A stretch of DNA of 64,000 nucleotides. Origin: Eledone cirrhosa (lineage: Eukaryota). Below, piece by piece: positions 1 through 12,714 of this stretch (position 1 is its first letter; every line of letters begins with the position of its first letter). The translations under genes were made by a program, and so were the position numbers. The notes beneath the pieces are model-generated. The model searched no databases. It was not told the DNA's origin and saw only the letters and a program-made list of their open reading frames with translations. The DNA lies in NCBI GenBank assembly GCA_964016885.1, contig OZ024740.1, forward strand, positions 360,096,001 to 360,160,000. The letters are read 5' to 3'.

Positions 1-142
1 TAACTCCGTACTCGCACCACCAACTACACAAACGAAGATGGGTGAGTTGCATTACGTTGAGTGCTCTCCATAATATGACATCGAGGTTGACCATACGGAA
101 TGACCAGTTCTATCCAGTGGTGAACCAACAAACCTAAATAAA
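1..142 (+). mobile_element. 3' end of a putative Penelope-like terminal repeat (pLTR), cut by the window edge
   Basis: Similar to the reverse complement of 54252-54380 (gatgggtgagttgcattacgttgagtg vs aatggatgatttgcataactttgagtg; accagttctatccagtggtgaac vs accagttcaacccattggtaaac). That copy carries a hammerhead-like motif. Ends in (TA)n. Confidence 0.5.
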
Positions 143-153
143 TATATATATAT

Positions 154-346
154 ATAGGAAAAAGTATGACCCTGACGGCAGAGCTCAAGCCGTTTCGACA
201 GCTATTTCTGGACTAGAAATAGCCATCGAAACGGCTTGAGCTCTGCCGTCGGGGTCATACTTTTTCCTATTTCCCACTCTACTACCCTAAGTATTGAGTA
301 CTCTGGTGCGTTATGGTCCATCTGGTTCCTTACCACATTTCCTTTG

Positions 347-348
<2 letters not shown>
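154..348 (+). mobile_element. Short inverted-repeat element in (TA)n, probable truncated/inverted Penelope pLTR
   Basis: 154-208 and 216-270 form an ~55-bp inverted repeat containing CGAAACGGCTT (3' half of a hammerhead-like core). Followed by ctctac...gtattgagtac, which is shared with the next element; flanked by (TA)n. Confidence 0.55.
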
Positions 349-395
<47 letters not shown>

Positions 396-399
<4 letters not shown>

Positions 400-562
400 A
401 ATGGCTTCTATAGGTCTAGAACTGTTTCCTGCTGATTTCCTTTGAATGAAATAGTTCTAGTCCTGTAGAAGCCATTTCTATATTAAATTTGTTGTTTACA
501 CTCTACTAATGTATTGAGTACCTTCTTACTGTGGTTACCCCAGATTGAACCTTGGACTCTCA
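396..562 (+). mobile_element. Second short inverted-repeat element, Penelope pLTR-like
   Basis: ~32-bp inverted arms (396-428 / 448-479), a degenerate CTGcTGA...GAAA in the loop, a ctctacta..gtattgagtac tail, flanked by (GA)n and (CA)/(TA)n. Confidence 0.5.
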
Positions 563-639
563 TACACACACACACATATATATACTTAAATTGTGTTGTA
601 GTATAGACATTATCTTAAATCACCCATTTATGGTCATAT

Positions 640-906
640 CTAGTTTCTGTCTGTAAGATGGTAGCACTGGTGCTATGATAAAAGGTAACCAGTTTACCCT
701 ATAAGGTGGTTATGTTGGTGACATGTAAAAGGCAACCAGTACACACTGTAATGTAGTTTGTGTTAGGAAGGGCATACAGCCATAGAAAACCAAGCCAGAA
801 CAGATTTGTATGAGCAAGACATGGTTACCTCACCTGCCTGGCTTCATAAAGTGATAAGCTAACTCATATGAGTATAGAAAATAGATGTTAAATGGTAATG
901 ATGATT
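640..906 (+). mobile_element. RTE-tailed SINE-like repeat (3' part)
   Basis: ~38-bp subrepeats, then aggaagggcat.cagccatagaaacc ... gttaaatggtaatgatga, matching the 3' UTR of the RTE LINE at 60670-60912. Confidence 0.7.
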
Positions 907-917
907 ATATACATTTA

Positions 918-949
<32 letters not shown>

Positions 950-1008
950 CATAAGGCTCTGATACCATCAACACTATAAACACAGAGCTGGCATATCTAA
1001 GAACTGAC

Positions 1009-1068
1009 TTACTGCCTGATGAGGTCATAGCCATTCAATGGCTATCATCAAAATATATATAGCAGTAA
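1009..1068 (+). ncRNA. Degenerate minimal type I hammerhead ribozyme motif in a (TA)n-flanked pLTR-like fragment (~952-1112)
   Basis: Stem I ttactgc/gcagtaa, core CTGATGA, stem II atagccatt/aatggctat, GAAA mutated to AAAA, palindromic stem III tatata, then TA. Confidence 0.65.
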
Positions 1069-1184
1069 ATAAAGGATTATGAGTTCATGCAATTGACTTA
1101 TGTTTCGTCACTATATATATAGCTTCCTCCTCAATTCCCCATGCATCTCCCCCACCCAAGTCCCCAATCTACTCCATAATGTGG

Positions 1185-1506
1185 TCATCCTGGAGCCACA
1201 ATAATAAGCGTCCAATCCACACTGTAAAGTGATTGTCTTGGTGACACAACGAAAAGTGCCCAGCCCACACTGTAAAGTGGTTCAGCAGGAGTCATGTTAA
1301 AAAGTGCCCAGCCCACACAGTGAAGTGGTCGTGTAGGGGTCACGACAAAAATCACCCAGTGCACACTGTAAATGTGGTTAACATTAGGAAGGGCATCCAG
1401 CCATAGAAACCAAGCCGAAATTAGTTCTGTCCAAGCAAAACCAGGTCCTCCGAACATGGTTGTCTCACAATGAGACAGCACGTCGTACCAAATGGACGTT
1501 AAATGA

Positions 1507-1510
<4 letters not shown>
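1185..1510 (+). mobile_element. RTE-tailed SINE-like repeat with ~5 tandem ~39-bp units
   Basis: Repeated aaaagtgcccagcccacactgtaaagtgg units followed by the RTE 3' tail ending in ggacgttaaatgatgat. Confidence 0.75.
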
Positions 1511-2698
<1,188 letters not shown>

Positions 2699-2800
2699 GA
2701 TGCGTGTATGGAAGCATATAGAATGTGTTTTTATATGTATATGCGAAACGTCAAAACAACGTTCAGAGAGAAATGAATGAGGTTTTAAGACGGAACTTAC

Positions 2801-2949
2801 CTCTGTCTACTGCTACACGTGAATATATTACATCCCCATGTGTTGGTGGCGAGCCAATTCTTTAGAAATGGTCGATAGATGATGAATGGATAGCTAGAGA
2901 GGATGCAAGGAGAATAAACCAATGGGTGAAGCGCGGTGGAGGGGTACAT
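2801..2949 (-). CDS. Putative first coding exon of a minus-strand gene running off the left of the window ([49 protein letters not shown]...)
   Basis: gccATG context, 49 open codons, perfect AG|GTAAGT donor at 2800, non-repetitive relatively CpG-rich sequence. No homology recognised; could be a non-coding exon. Confidence 0.3.
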
Positions 2950-3888
2950 GGCTGTTGAACTGGCAAGTCGTTTTATTATTCCGTTTACTGTTGCACGCTC
3001 TCACATCAGCTGAAGCGTATAAGCAGTTTGCTATATTCCGGGCAATAAGACAGCTTGCCAACAAAGCTATCAAACAAACTAAATTGCTAGATAGATAGCA
3101 AGTTAGCTAGCTCGGTAGACCATTACACCAGCTACCTGTGTGTATGTGTATTACGTGTCTTTCTTTTGTGATGATAGTGGCTACGAGGTTAATACATCTT
3201 TGCATTGAAAGTGGTATGCTATTTAGATTTTCTTTTAGGTTGTCATCTCCAGCAAAAACGTAAAAAGAATGTGGTTCTTTATTAAAATTGTTGCTTGAAT
3301 ATGGGGCAGTTGTTGCTGTTTAGCCTAAAATTAGTCCTGGTATTTCCACCGCGATCAACCTATATTTTACAGTACACTTTTTCTAAGGCGATTATATGTA
3401 AATTCAGGGAGTAATGGCTTCTATTTCTAGCATTTCGAGCAACCCTATAAAACGAAAGAATTGTTTGTAAGGGGTGGTGGTGTGAATCTATTTGCCTCTA
3501 GTAAGTCGTGCACTCCATTGACTGAGGATATATTGCGACTCTGTTACCCACAACAGCGATGATGTACGCAATACCATAAAAATCTCCCTTAAGTCATACC
3601 CTACTGTCTTAAAAAGGAGAGAACACATTTGGATAATGTAGTTCTAAATACACTATGCGTGAAGAGAGAGAGAGAGAGATGGGATAGTCATCATCGACTG
3701 CATTCGACCACCAACCTGTTCAAACCTGCTCAGCTGGGCTAAACAACATCAACGATGACGATGATGATGATGATGGTTGTGATCGTGATTTTGATGGAGA
3801 TTCCTTTATTTGCTACAAGATAAATCAAAATCAAGCCTTACACTAGTAAAATTAAAAGATTTAAATGGGATAATATACATGTGTATAT

Positions 3889-4187
3889 GTATAGTAGACC
3901 CGCATCATACACCGTCAATTGGTTCCCCAACCTCCCGCGTTATTCAAAAACTGAAAACTGCGTATTTTCAAGACACTTGTCTCCTGTAAATACGTCAGGT
4001 TCTTTGGAGGTTTAGAAATCTAAGATAAACAATGATAGCGGAAGAGGTTAGAGTTTTCTCCCTTACATTAGGTAATCACTTTACTAAACGCGGCATTAAG
4101 AGTGTCGAAATTTTTTCTAATTGAAAAAAAAAAAGTATTTTCAGAACCGTATTATTTAGATCTGCGTAAGATACAGGCCCACAGTAT
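3889..4187. mobile_element. Tc1/mariner-pogo (Tigger-like) MITE
   Basis: Degenerate ~23-bp TIRs ta(t)agtagacccgcatcatacac / gcgtaagatacaggcccacagta in a TA context. Confidence 0.45.
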
Positions 4188-5014
4188 ATATGTGTATGTA
4201 TGTATGTAAAGTTATAGTAGGACATTTTATTGTTTATAATTCTTACAGAATGAAAATATAAACACATATAATACAATTAATACTTCATAGTTGCACAAAC
4301 AACATTACAAATCGTTTGCAATTCCTTCAGAATGAAAATATAAACAGAGCATATAATAAATTTACAGTAGAATAACATAACAAATATGTTTTAAATATAT
4401 ACATAAATAACATTACAAATGCCTCGGTAACACTACAAAGGATGATACAATGAAAGATATATTCCTTCAATGCTACAATATTAAAGAAAATGTAAAAGAA
4501 GGGGTGAACAACGGAGCCAACACCAGAGCAAAAGACAGCAACGTTGCGAATACTGGGCAACCTCTTTAATGAAGGTTCCATTTCAGATCGAAGACATTCA
4601 CTGATAAAAGAGTTTAGATGAAGTTGACTTTTCGGCTCACCCTGAAAGTGATATGCAGCACATAGATTAAGAAAATGTTCTTTTATTCGTTAGTTGTCAA
4701 TTACATATGGAGCAGTATATAGGAAAAAAACAAATTACACTGTTAAAGGGAACTGAAAAGGAAGAAGAAAAATGAAAATGAAAAGGAAAGAAGAATCAAA
4801 CAACGAAAGAAGGGGAGAGGAGAGAGACAGTCACTATACAGAGGTCTGTGCGGTGCCTCGCCCGCGACCCGCTGACAAAACGGGGCTCATTCCTCAAGCA
4901 AACCACCGACTTTCTTTTACGGGGGAAATCAGTAGTGCGGAAACCAAGGACGCCAGATCTCGAAGGAGACCGGTGCAAAGAGGAAGTAGTCAGACAGAAG
5001 CTTAGTTAACTGCC

Positions 5015-6130
5015 CTTCGTCTTAAAATCAGCCTGGTGAAAACAAAGGTTATGTTTACATCTGCTCCAAGTGAAACCTATGTCAAACCACATGATGGTAC
5101 ATAGCTCTGGATTGGGTATAGTTGACACATTTGTTTACCAGGGCAGTGAATTGTAGAAAGATCGTTCGCTATATGCAGAAAGCTATTGGAAAACTTGAAA
5201 AGAGAGTATGGGCGAATAATGGCATTACTAACAAGACCAAGATTTGTGTTTACAAGGCTTGCATACTGAGTTCTCTTTTGTACTCCTCTGAAACATGGAC
5301 AGTATATCGCAGGGCGATATCCAATTTTAGCTGTCTAAATGCCGCTTACTTGCTGCAGTTGTTGCTTACTTCAATGTATGAGGCTATTCCAACAAATTTA
5401 CATTCTCCTTTTTTTTAGCCGTTAAAAGAAATATAGATTTATTTATTTTTTTTTTTTGCGATTTATTTACCACTGGGGCATAGATTTCTTTATTTGCCCC
5501 TTTTTTGTTTGTTTGTTTTTTGGCGATTTATTAGCCTTTTGGGGTCACACACACCCCCGTAGAAAGTGTGCGACCTTTCTGCCAGGGAGTACAGAGAGAG
5601 GGGGGTGCTCCCTTCTTCTCTTACTTGTACAAGCCGATATAGAGAGATGGCCCACTTACACGGGCCATTATTGCTACTTTCACCCGAAAAAGGCACTCAG
5701 TCCCAGCCAATTCCATGAAAGATGGGTAAAAGTAGCAATAATGGCCCGTGTAAGTGGGCCATCTCCCTATATCGGCTTGTACAGGTAAGAGAAGAAGGGA
5801 GCCCCCCCCCCCTCTCTCTGTGCTCCCTGGCAGAAAGGTCGCACACTTTCTACGGGGGCGTGTGTGACCCCAAAAGGCTAATAAATCGCAAAAAAAGAAA
5901 CAAACAAAAAAGGGGCAAATAAAGAAATCTATGCCCCAGTGGCAAATAAATCGCAAAAAAAAAAAAAAAATAAATCTATATTTCTTTTAACGGCTAAAAA
6001 AAGGGGGAATGTAAATTTGTTGGAATAGCCTCATACATTGAAGTAAGCAGCAACTGCAGCAAGTAAGCGGCATTTAGACAGCTAAAATTGGATATCGCCT
6101 ATCGCAGACATCTCAGGTTACTTAACGTTT
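5015..6130 (+). mobile_element. RTE (BovB-like) LINE RT C-terminal fragment interrupted by a palindromic transposon
   Basis: Translates as TKICVYKACILSSLLYSSETWTVYRR and resumes as HLRL after position 6107 once the insertion and one TSD copy are removed. Confidence 0.75.
5313..6099. mobile_element. 787-bp palindromic (foldback) non-autonomous DNA transposon, Merlin- or MULE-like
   Basis: Arms 5313-5685 and 5724-6099 are near-perfect reverse complements with a 38-bp spacer. Termini GGCGATATCC...GGATATCGCC; 8-bp TSD tatcgcag at 5305-5312 and 6100-6107. Confidence 0.9.
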
Positions 6131-6519
6131 GAGATGTACCTTAAACAAGTCAGTTTCTCTAAATCATATTCATTTTCAATGTAATTCAATCCGGATGTTC
6201 TGGAGGATTGGCAGAATGTTTAGAGTATCAAACAAAGTGATTTGGGGATGAGGAGTATTTAGTTACAGCCCTTTTCGTTCATTTTGAGTTTAAATTCCAC
6301 CAAAGTCAACTTCGTTTTTCATCCATCCAGAGTTGATAGAATATATACTAGTTAAATTATTTTGACATCTGTTGGTCTGTTAATTTCCAACTTAATAAAT
6401 TTGATTGATTTATATTAAAATCGAATAAAGTGTTATTTCATGTTCCATCTGTGTTTATATATTCAAAATGTTTTCCTTTCTCATAATATTTCTCAGTATA
6501 TTAGGCCTTATACTTGAGT

Positions 6520-6840
6520 CTTTGCCCAGGGCATCACCAGAGTTCTGCTCAGGACTAATCTTTCTACAGATTGCATTGTATAGTGTTTTTGCCACTAGAT
6601 CATGCCTCATAGGGAAATAGTATCGTAATGACATCTTTGGATAGCTGCTTATGATGTGGGTGACATCCTCAAGAGTTGGCATCTATTATCACATCTAGAT
6701 GTTTTGCCTGCTTCCCTACCTCTGTTGTGTATCAGTTATTTCATTGCTATTTCCTGTTCTTGGATTGCAAAAGCACATCCTTCAAAATGAAAGCTAATAT
6801 ACTGGTTAATGGTTCAAGATAGACTACTTTGTTTATCTCT
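6520..6840 (-). mobile_element. R4/Dong-type (RLE) non-LTR retrotransposon fragment, zinc-knuckle region
   Basis: FEGCAFAIQEQEIA and EDVTHIISSYPKMSLRYYFPMRHDLVAKTLY motifs, degraded. Confidence 0.65.
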
Positions 6841-9109
6841 TACTTTGAAGCTTTCTGGCAATATAGGTGTAGCAAAACTTTTTTGTGATAAGCATGCAGC
6901 TTTCCATCCATGGATTCATTGTATGTATGCATGTGAGTGTGTGTGTGCATATAGATGCTAGTGATGATGTTTCTAAGATTGTATATATATAAATATTGTA
7001 TCAACATGCGATAGAATGCAATATATAATTCTTCAACAAAATATAGTTCTCCAAATTGTTTGTCTAATATTTTTGATTTCAAACCACCTGAATTTACTCT
7101 ACCATCTCTGGTGGGAATTATAAAAATGTTAAAAGTAAATTAAAAAATCACCCCAAAAGAAATGTCAGCTACTATAATCCAGAATTAATCACATGACTAT
7201 AAACAGGGCATATTCTATTTGTAAACTACAATGTCTGTGAGTGCAGCAAAGTTTATATACAATCATTTTTTTCTTCCCTATACAAGTTTGGTATATTTGT
7301 GATGAGTCCATCATTTTCTTTAAAAAAAAAATATTTGTAACAGTGATGAAAATTCAGTTTGCCAAGGATATCAACAATCATAGAGCTGGTCGTATACTGC
7401 ATTCCCTCCAAACTTCCATTCCAAGCTGTTGTTTGGTGCATTGCAAACATAAATAATCATTGCAATTGTTACTGTCCACTATTTTGTAAAGTGTTGTCTA
7501 ATTTGATATATATTCACTCACTAACATCTGCTGTACAGATAATATGTGTATCATTGTTTTTGCTTTGTTTTTTTTTTGGGGGGGGGGGGGAGTCGCTCTT
7601 TTTAATTGATACTAACAGTATGCATGGAAATTTCATGGCTATTTTGAAAACTATAAGATTGTTTGAAATTCATAGTGAACCATGAACAAAAATCATTTTT
7701 TTTTTCAAACTAATTTTTTCTGAAGAGTTTGAGGTGGTTCTTCACTCCTGTGAAAGGGAAATATCATTTTGTTGAGAAGTATTTGTATGGAAACAATAAA
7801 GTGCTGCAATCCAGTAGTGTACAGGATCACGTTAGTGCATCCTGGGTCCTGTAGATCCATGATCAAAGATTTTTTAGCTCCACCATCCTGTCCTTTTTTT
7901 CCCTGACATAATATATCTAGTACTACATAAGTCAATGTGTCCTGCATTTTTTGTAATGCAGTAGATTATGGTTTGACAGATAGTTTGCTGCTATTTCTAG
8001 TAGACAGAGCATTGCTTAGAGGCATTTTCATGGGTTCCCTGCAAGTTGAATTCCTCTTACAAACTTAGTGAAGATAATAAAAACATTGTTGCTGTTGTTT
8101 AACCCCAGGTCAATTCTGGTTGAACAGGCTTATGATCAGAGCTATCCCAGTTGCAACCCTCCTACCTCATTATATATATCAGTAACAATTTTGTTTAATG
8201 TATCTATATTACTATTGTTGTTTAGCCACAGATCAACTCTGTTCAAATTGACCAATAATAAAAGGTAATCCAGTCTGGCAATCTCATTGTTTCTTTGTGT
8301 ATCAGGGACTAAACTGTCTGATGTATTCTTGTGGTTTAGACATAGGTGAACTCGCAGCAGTGGCCAAACCAGTTTTGTACACCATCAAGTGTTGTCCAAT
8401 ATATTCTTATTGAGGGTAGACCTACAACCAAATGTATTCTAGCAATGATCACCCCATCTTTTATTCTGACATAGTATGCCTAAACCAGCATTATACAGTG
8501 TCCTTTCACACAGAATGCATGATCCAAGAGAAATTTAGCTGCTATTCCTAGCAGGTCGAGTGATTGAATAGAGACTTTCTCATTAGCTCCTCGATAAATA
8601 TAATCTATGATTTGATGGTAATTCTGTATATATTGGTCCGGTGTCATTAAATTACTTGAATGTTTTCTTTGGTAGCTTGTTTTATTTGACTTTGTCATCT
8701 AGAATTCATTGAAATTGACTCAAAGCTAATAAAATGTTTACAGACTGCTAGTTCCACTAAACACCACAGTCTACTTGACATCAACTCCTACATACAAGTT
8801 GTATGTATGTATGTATGTATGTGTGTATGTTTGTTTGAATGTCTGTATTCATACAAGCATGGATGTATATATTCGTTGAGATATATTTAAGTTCTTTTCA
8901 GAAGTCAAGACAGTTTCAGTGATTTGTAAATAAGGGAGTGAGTTAGTGTGTTATGTAGCTATATGTACTTGCATTCATATTATGCAATGACATGTCTCTT
9001 TAGTACACAGTGTTTATATGTTTTTGTGCATGATTATTCATTATGTCTGGGTGTGGATGTCATTTGTACATATGCAGTTGTGTGCATTTATTCATTCCAG
9101 GAAAGTCAA

Positions 9110-9560
9110 ATGCAGAATCTTTGGAATATCTAACAAATCTTCACTGTACTGCTAACCAATTTGATTTGAAGGATGCTGATTAGTTTCTTCTTTCTTTTCT
9201 TTCTTGGAAAACCCCAGCATTACCAGGACTTTATTCAAATCTCTTTACATAGCTGAGTGCACCTATCATAATAGCTACAAATACGAACATATAACTGGGA
9301 TACAAAGGCTCTAAGTTTCACATGAGCTCACTAAGGATGTTTGTTTTATTTTTCTTCAAACTTAAACTATACATCTACATCCACTGGGAAGTTGATCTCT
9401 ATAGCTATGCATGACATTTGTTATCTGTCTCATAATATTAGGTGTGTTGTGTTTACACTGGATTGTTGTTTTATTGGAATGTTCCACTAGTATTGTTAAT
9501 TCTTTAATGTGTGAATACATTCTGTTTCTGGTGTGCTTTTGGCATGTTTGTCAGGGCAAT
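9110..9560 (-). mobile_element. RLE-domain fragment of an R4-type retrotransposon
   Basis: Degraded translation including IEINFPVD, NLEPLYPSYMFVFVAIMIGALSYV and VSSTVKIC. Confidence 0.5.
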
Positions 9561-10729
9561 CCTTCTTGTGGATAGAGTTGTAAATAGTTTTCAGAACTAT
9601 GTCTTGTCTCATGGGAAGGTAGTACATTGCAGATATTTTTGGACAGTTGCTGGTGATATAAGTGATATCTTCCATACTGGTATGGCATAAGTGACACTTT
9701 CTATCTCAATGTGGGGAGGAGTCAGGAAGCATCCGTATCTCTCCTACTGAGAAAGTAATTAGAAGTTATCTCCTGTTCTTGAATATCAAAGGCATATCCT
9801 TCCAGATGAGATGTGATGTATCTATCACAAGTTCAAGAGAAGATACTCTTTTTGTCAATGTTATTGGTATCTTCTTGCTTGCAAGATATACATATATGCA
9901 TTATTTTCTCCACCAAGCTTCTATTTAAGTCAGTTAATCCAGTTAGCTTTGAATCCACCAAAACACCCCATCAAACCTCATTCAAACCATGGTTCATCAC
10001 ATGGTGATGGTCCATATAGTTGGATTAAAGTCATGCTGAGAGAAGTGACAGCCAAGGCCCAAATCCAGAAAACTTAAAATGCATATCATGCAAGACAAAA
10101 GATTTGGTATGGTAGACGTGAGATTTTACACACATTAACATGGCATGCAGTGAGTTTGATCAGGATGAGGAGTGGAAGATGGACAAAATGGAGGAAGAGG
10201 GACAAAAAAAAAAGACAGAAAAATAATGAACAAACCTCATTCACACAAAAAGAAGACAAATAATAAATAAAGTTCATAAGCCAAAAAATATCACAAACAC
10301 CAACTTCACCACTGCCACAGACACAACAAACACCACCAACACCACAAACGCAACCCAATCTTCACACACAACAGCAACAAAAGCAAAGCCTACAAAAAAT
10401 ATATATGTATCACAAACTACATGACCATAAACACAAAGAACATAGGCTTAATGAAATATATTAAAAAATGCATAAGCATCACAGAACCTAAATTTGCAAC
10501 ACACACAGTCCCCCATCCTCACACATATGCAGATCATACAAACAACACAAGACACATCAAACATCAAAAAACTAAATTTCCAAAAGGAAATCATTCTAGA
10601 GCAATATCACTAGGCAAATACTTGGTAACTTACTGGTAGAAACACCCTAAATTAGCCAGGAGAATGGACAAGCTGCCATTCCGCACAAAACAAATTAAGT
10701 GTTCTTTCTTACTTTTCTGCCTCTCTTAA

Positions 10730-12170
10730 AAACATGGTCTTACTCAGAATATGTAGTGCGAATATGTAGTGCATTTGGTCTGAAGTTGTCTTGGAAGTAG
10801 GGTCGTCTGCTGAACTACTGATCACTAAATATAGACATGGTAGCCATCAGTGAGACCAGAATTTCAGAGTCGCGAGCATTTTCACCCATCTTCATCAGCT
10901 ACAATGTCTACGCATCTCCAAGCCACACAGGATCATGATGGCAGAGTCACCATGTTGTTTTGGAAAGGCCTGGATCTCACAATATGGACCATCTTCCTGG
11001 ACCCAAAAGGTAAGTTGAGGGTGCTGGATATAGCCAGGAATGCAGAAAATGCTTTCAGGCTAGTAACTGTCTATGCCCCAACAAGGGCATGACAGCCAGA
11101 TTTCTTCGGGTATCTGGAGATCTTTCTTGACATGTCCTGTTAGAATGGTATCTTCGATGCACACTCAGATTGTGTGGGGCTAGCAGGCAGAGAAAGAGGA
11201 TGCAAAAGCTTTGCAAACCTGCTTAGACATTTCTGTCTGACAGGTACCAATTTGATTTCCCATTTATGCCAATGGGAACATAGTCAAACCACATCAGGTA
11301 TATTATCTAGATAAGATACTTTGTAGTACATTAGATAGCATGCCTTGTCCAATGTTGAATGTGGTCGACTATTCAGATCACAATTTTGGGATCTACATAG
11401 TCAATATAGATAGGCTTGCTAGTGGGAACTGAACACAAAGCTTTCAGATACCGGATTAATGAATTAGCTAAAAGGGTGTTAATGGGTAGTATTGTCAACA
11501 AAAAAATGTTGAATTGCCCTAAAAAGGCACATTAAAATAGACTCCATTAGGTTTCATAAATGACTTGCAATAATAAAAATTAAAGTAGAATTTATCAGGA
11601 ATTGTACTCTTGTAAATATTTGGCTTAATCAATTCTTCAATGCAAAAACCAAAGGCTGCATTGCCAGAACTAGAGCACATGCTCTGAGACACGAATGGAT
11701 GAAAGCCATCCAATGGGCCCAAGTGGCAGAAGTGAAATATGGCAACAAAATCACAATCTGGTCTTTGGTTGGCCAAGACAGACACATACTACTCTGTTCT
11801 GAGTAAATAAATGCAGCTTTTTAGCAGTGCTTTTCTCAGCTGTTTGGAATGAGATGCATACAGACCAACGAAACTGTCCTATATGCACTCTTCTCATGTC
11901 CAAGCATTGCTTATTTATGGGTTTATATCAAACAGCTGCTGTCATGTGTGAAATGGATCTGGGTATCAGTTGTGTCTATCATAAAGATCACTTTGTCACC
12001 TTCCTTTAACCAGTATGGGCAGGCAGTTTTTATCTCCCTGGTGGCCATGGCAAAAGCTGTTGTATGGGGGACGTGACAGAATAGGCTAAGTACAGACACT
12101 TACCTCTTTGGTCAATCCCTCATTAACTTTCACTTGAAAAGGAAAATCAGGATGCAGAGGGAAGTGCTGA
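10730..12170 (+). mobile_element. Degraded, internally deleted Tx1/L1-clade LINE
   Basis: APE motifs IDMVAISETR and FRLVTVYAP, and a C-terminal zinc-knuckle remnant NETVLYALFSCPSIAYLW; many stops. Confidence 0.65.
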
Positions 12171-12714
12171 TTGAATGGGCCTGCCCTGACTATATGCCTG
12201 TAAATTGGAGCAGAAGAACTCAGAGAAGGCACTTCCTTGTTATTATTATTAGAGAGATGGATTGGAGAGTCATTAGAGTGTTGGACAAATGCATAGCAGT
12301 ATTTATTCTGGCTCTTTACATTCTGAGTTCAAATTTCACTTCCAGATCCAATAAAATAAAAGTACCTGTTATGTACTGGGAGTGATATAATTAACTTTCT
12401 CAAAAATTGCTATCCTTGTGCCTAAATCAGAAACAATTATAATTTTTTTTTTTTTTAATTATAGCTGTTGTTGTTGTTGGGAATGGTTTCATTATGGTAC
12501 ACCTGTTAGTCAGTTTACTGATCAATTAATGTCAAAATGACTGCAGGTGTTGATGTTAAGTTAGTTACAGGCTGAACAGCAACCAGTTGTTATCCTATTT
12601 AATGTAATTAATGTATATCAATGCTAAATAGGTGGATTAAGTTTAGATTGATTTATTTGGAATGGAGCATAAGTCAATGTATATTTCTGATGTATCTGCC
12701 ATCTGTTTCAATAA

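Noticed and set aside
5456-5956. Pairs of near-identical ORFs on opposite strands
   Set aside because: Mirror-image artefacts of the palindromic transposon; no recognisable domain.
7705-7947. 80-aa minus-strand ORF as a possible terminal exon
   Set aside because: Weak acceptor and no recognisable homology.
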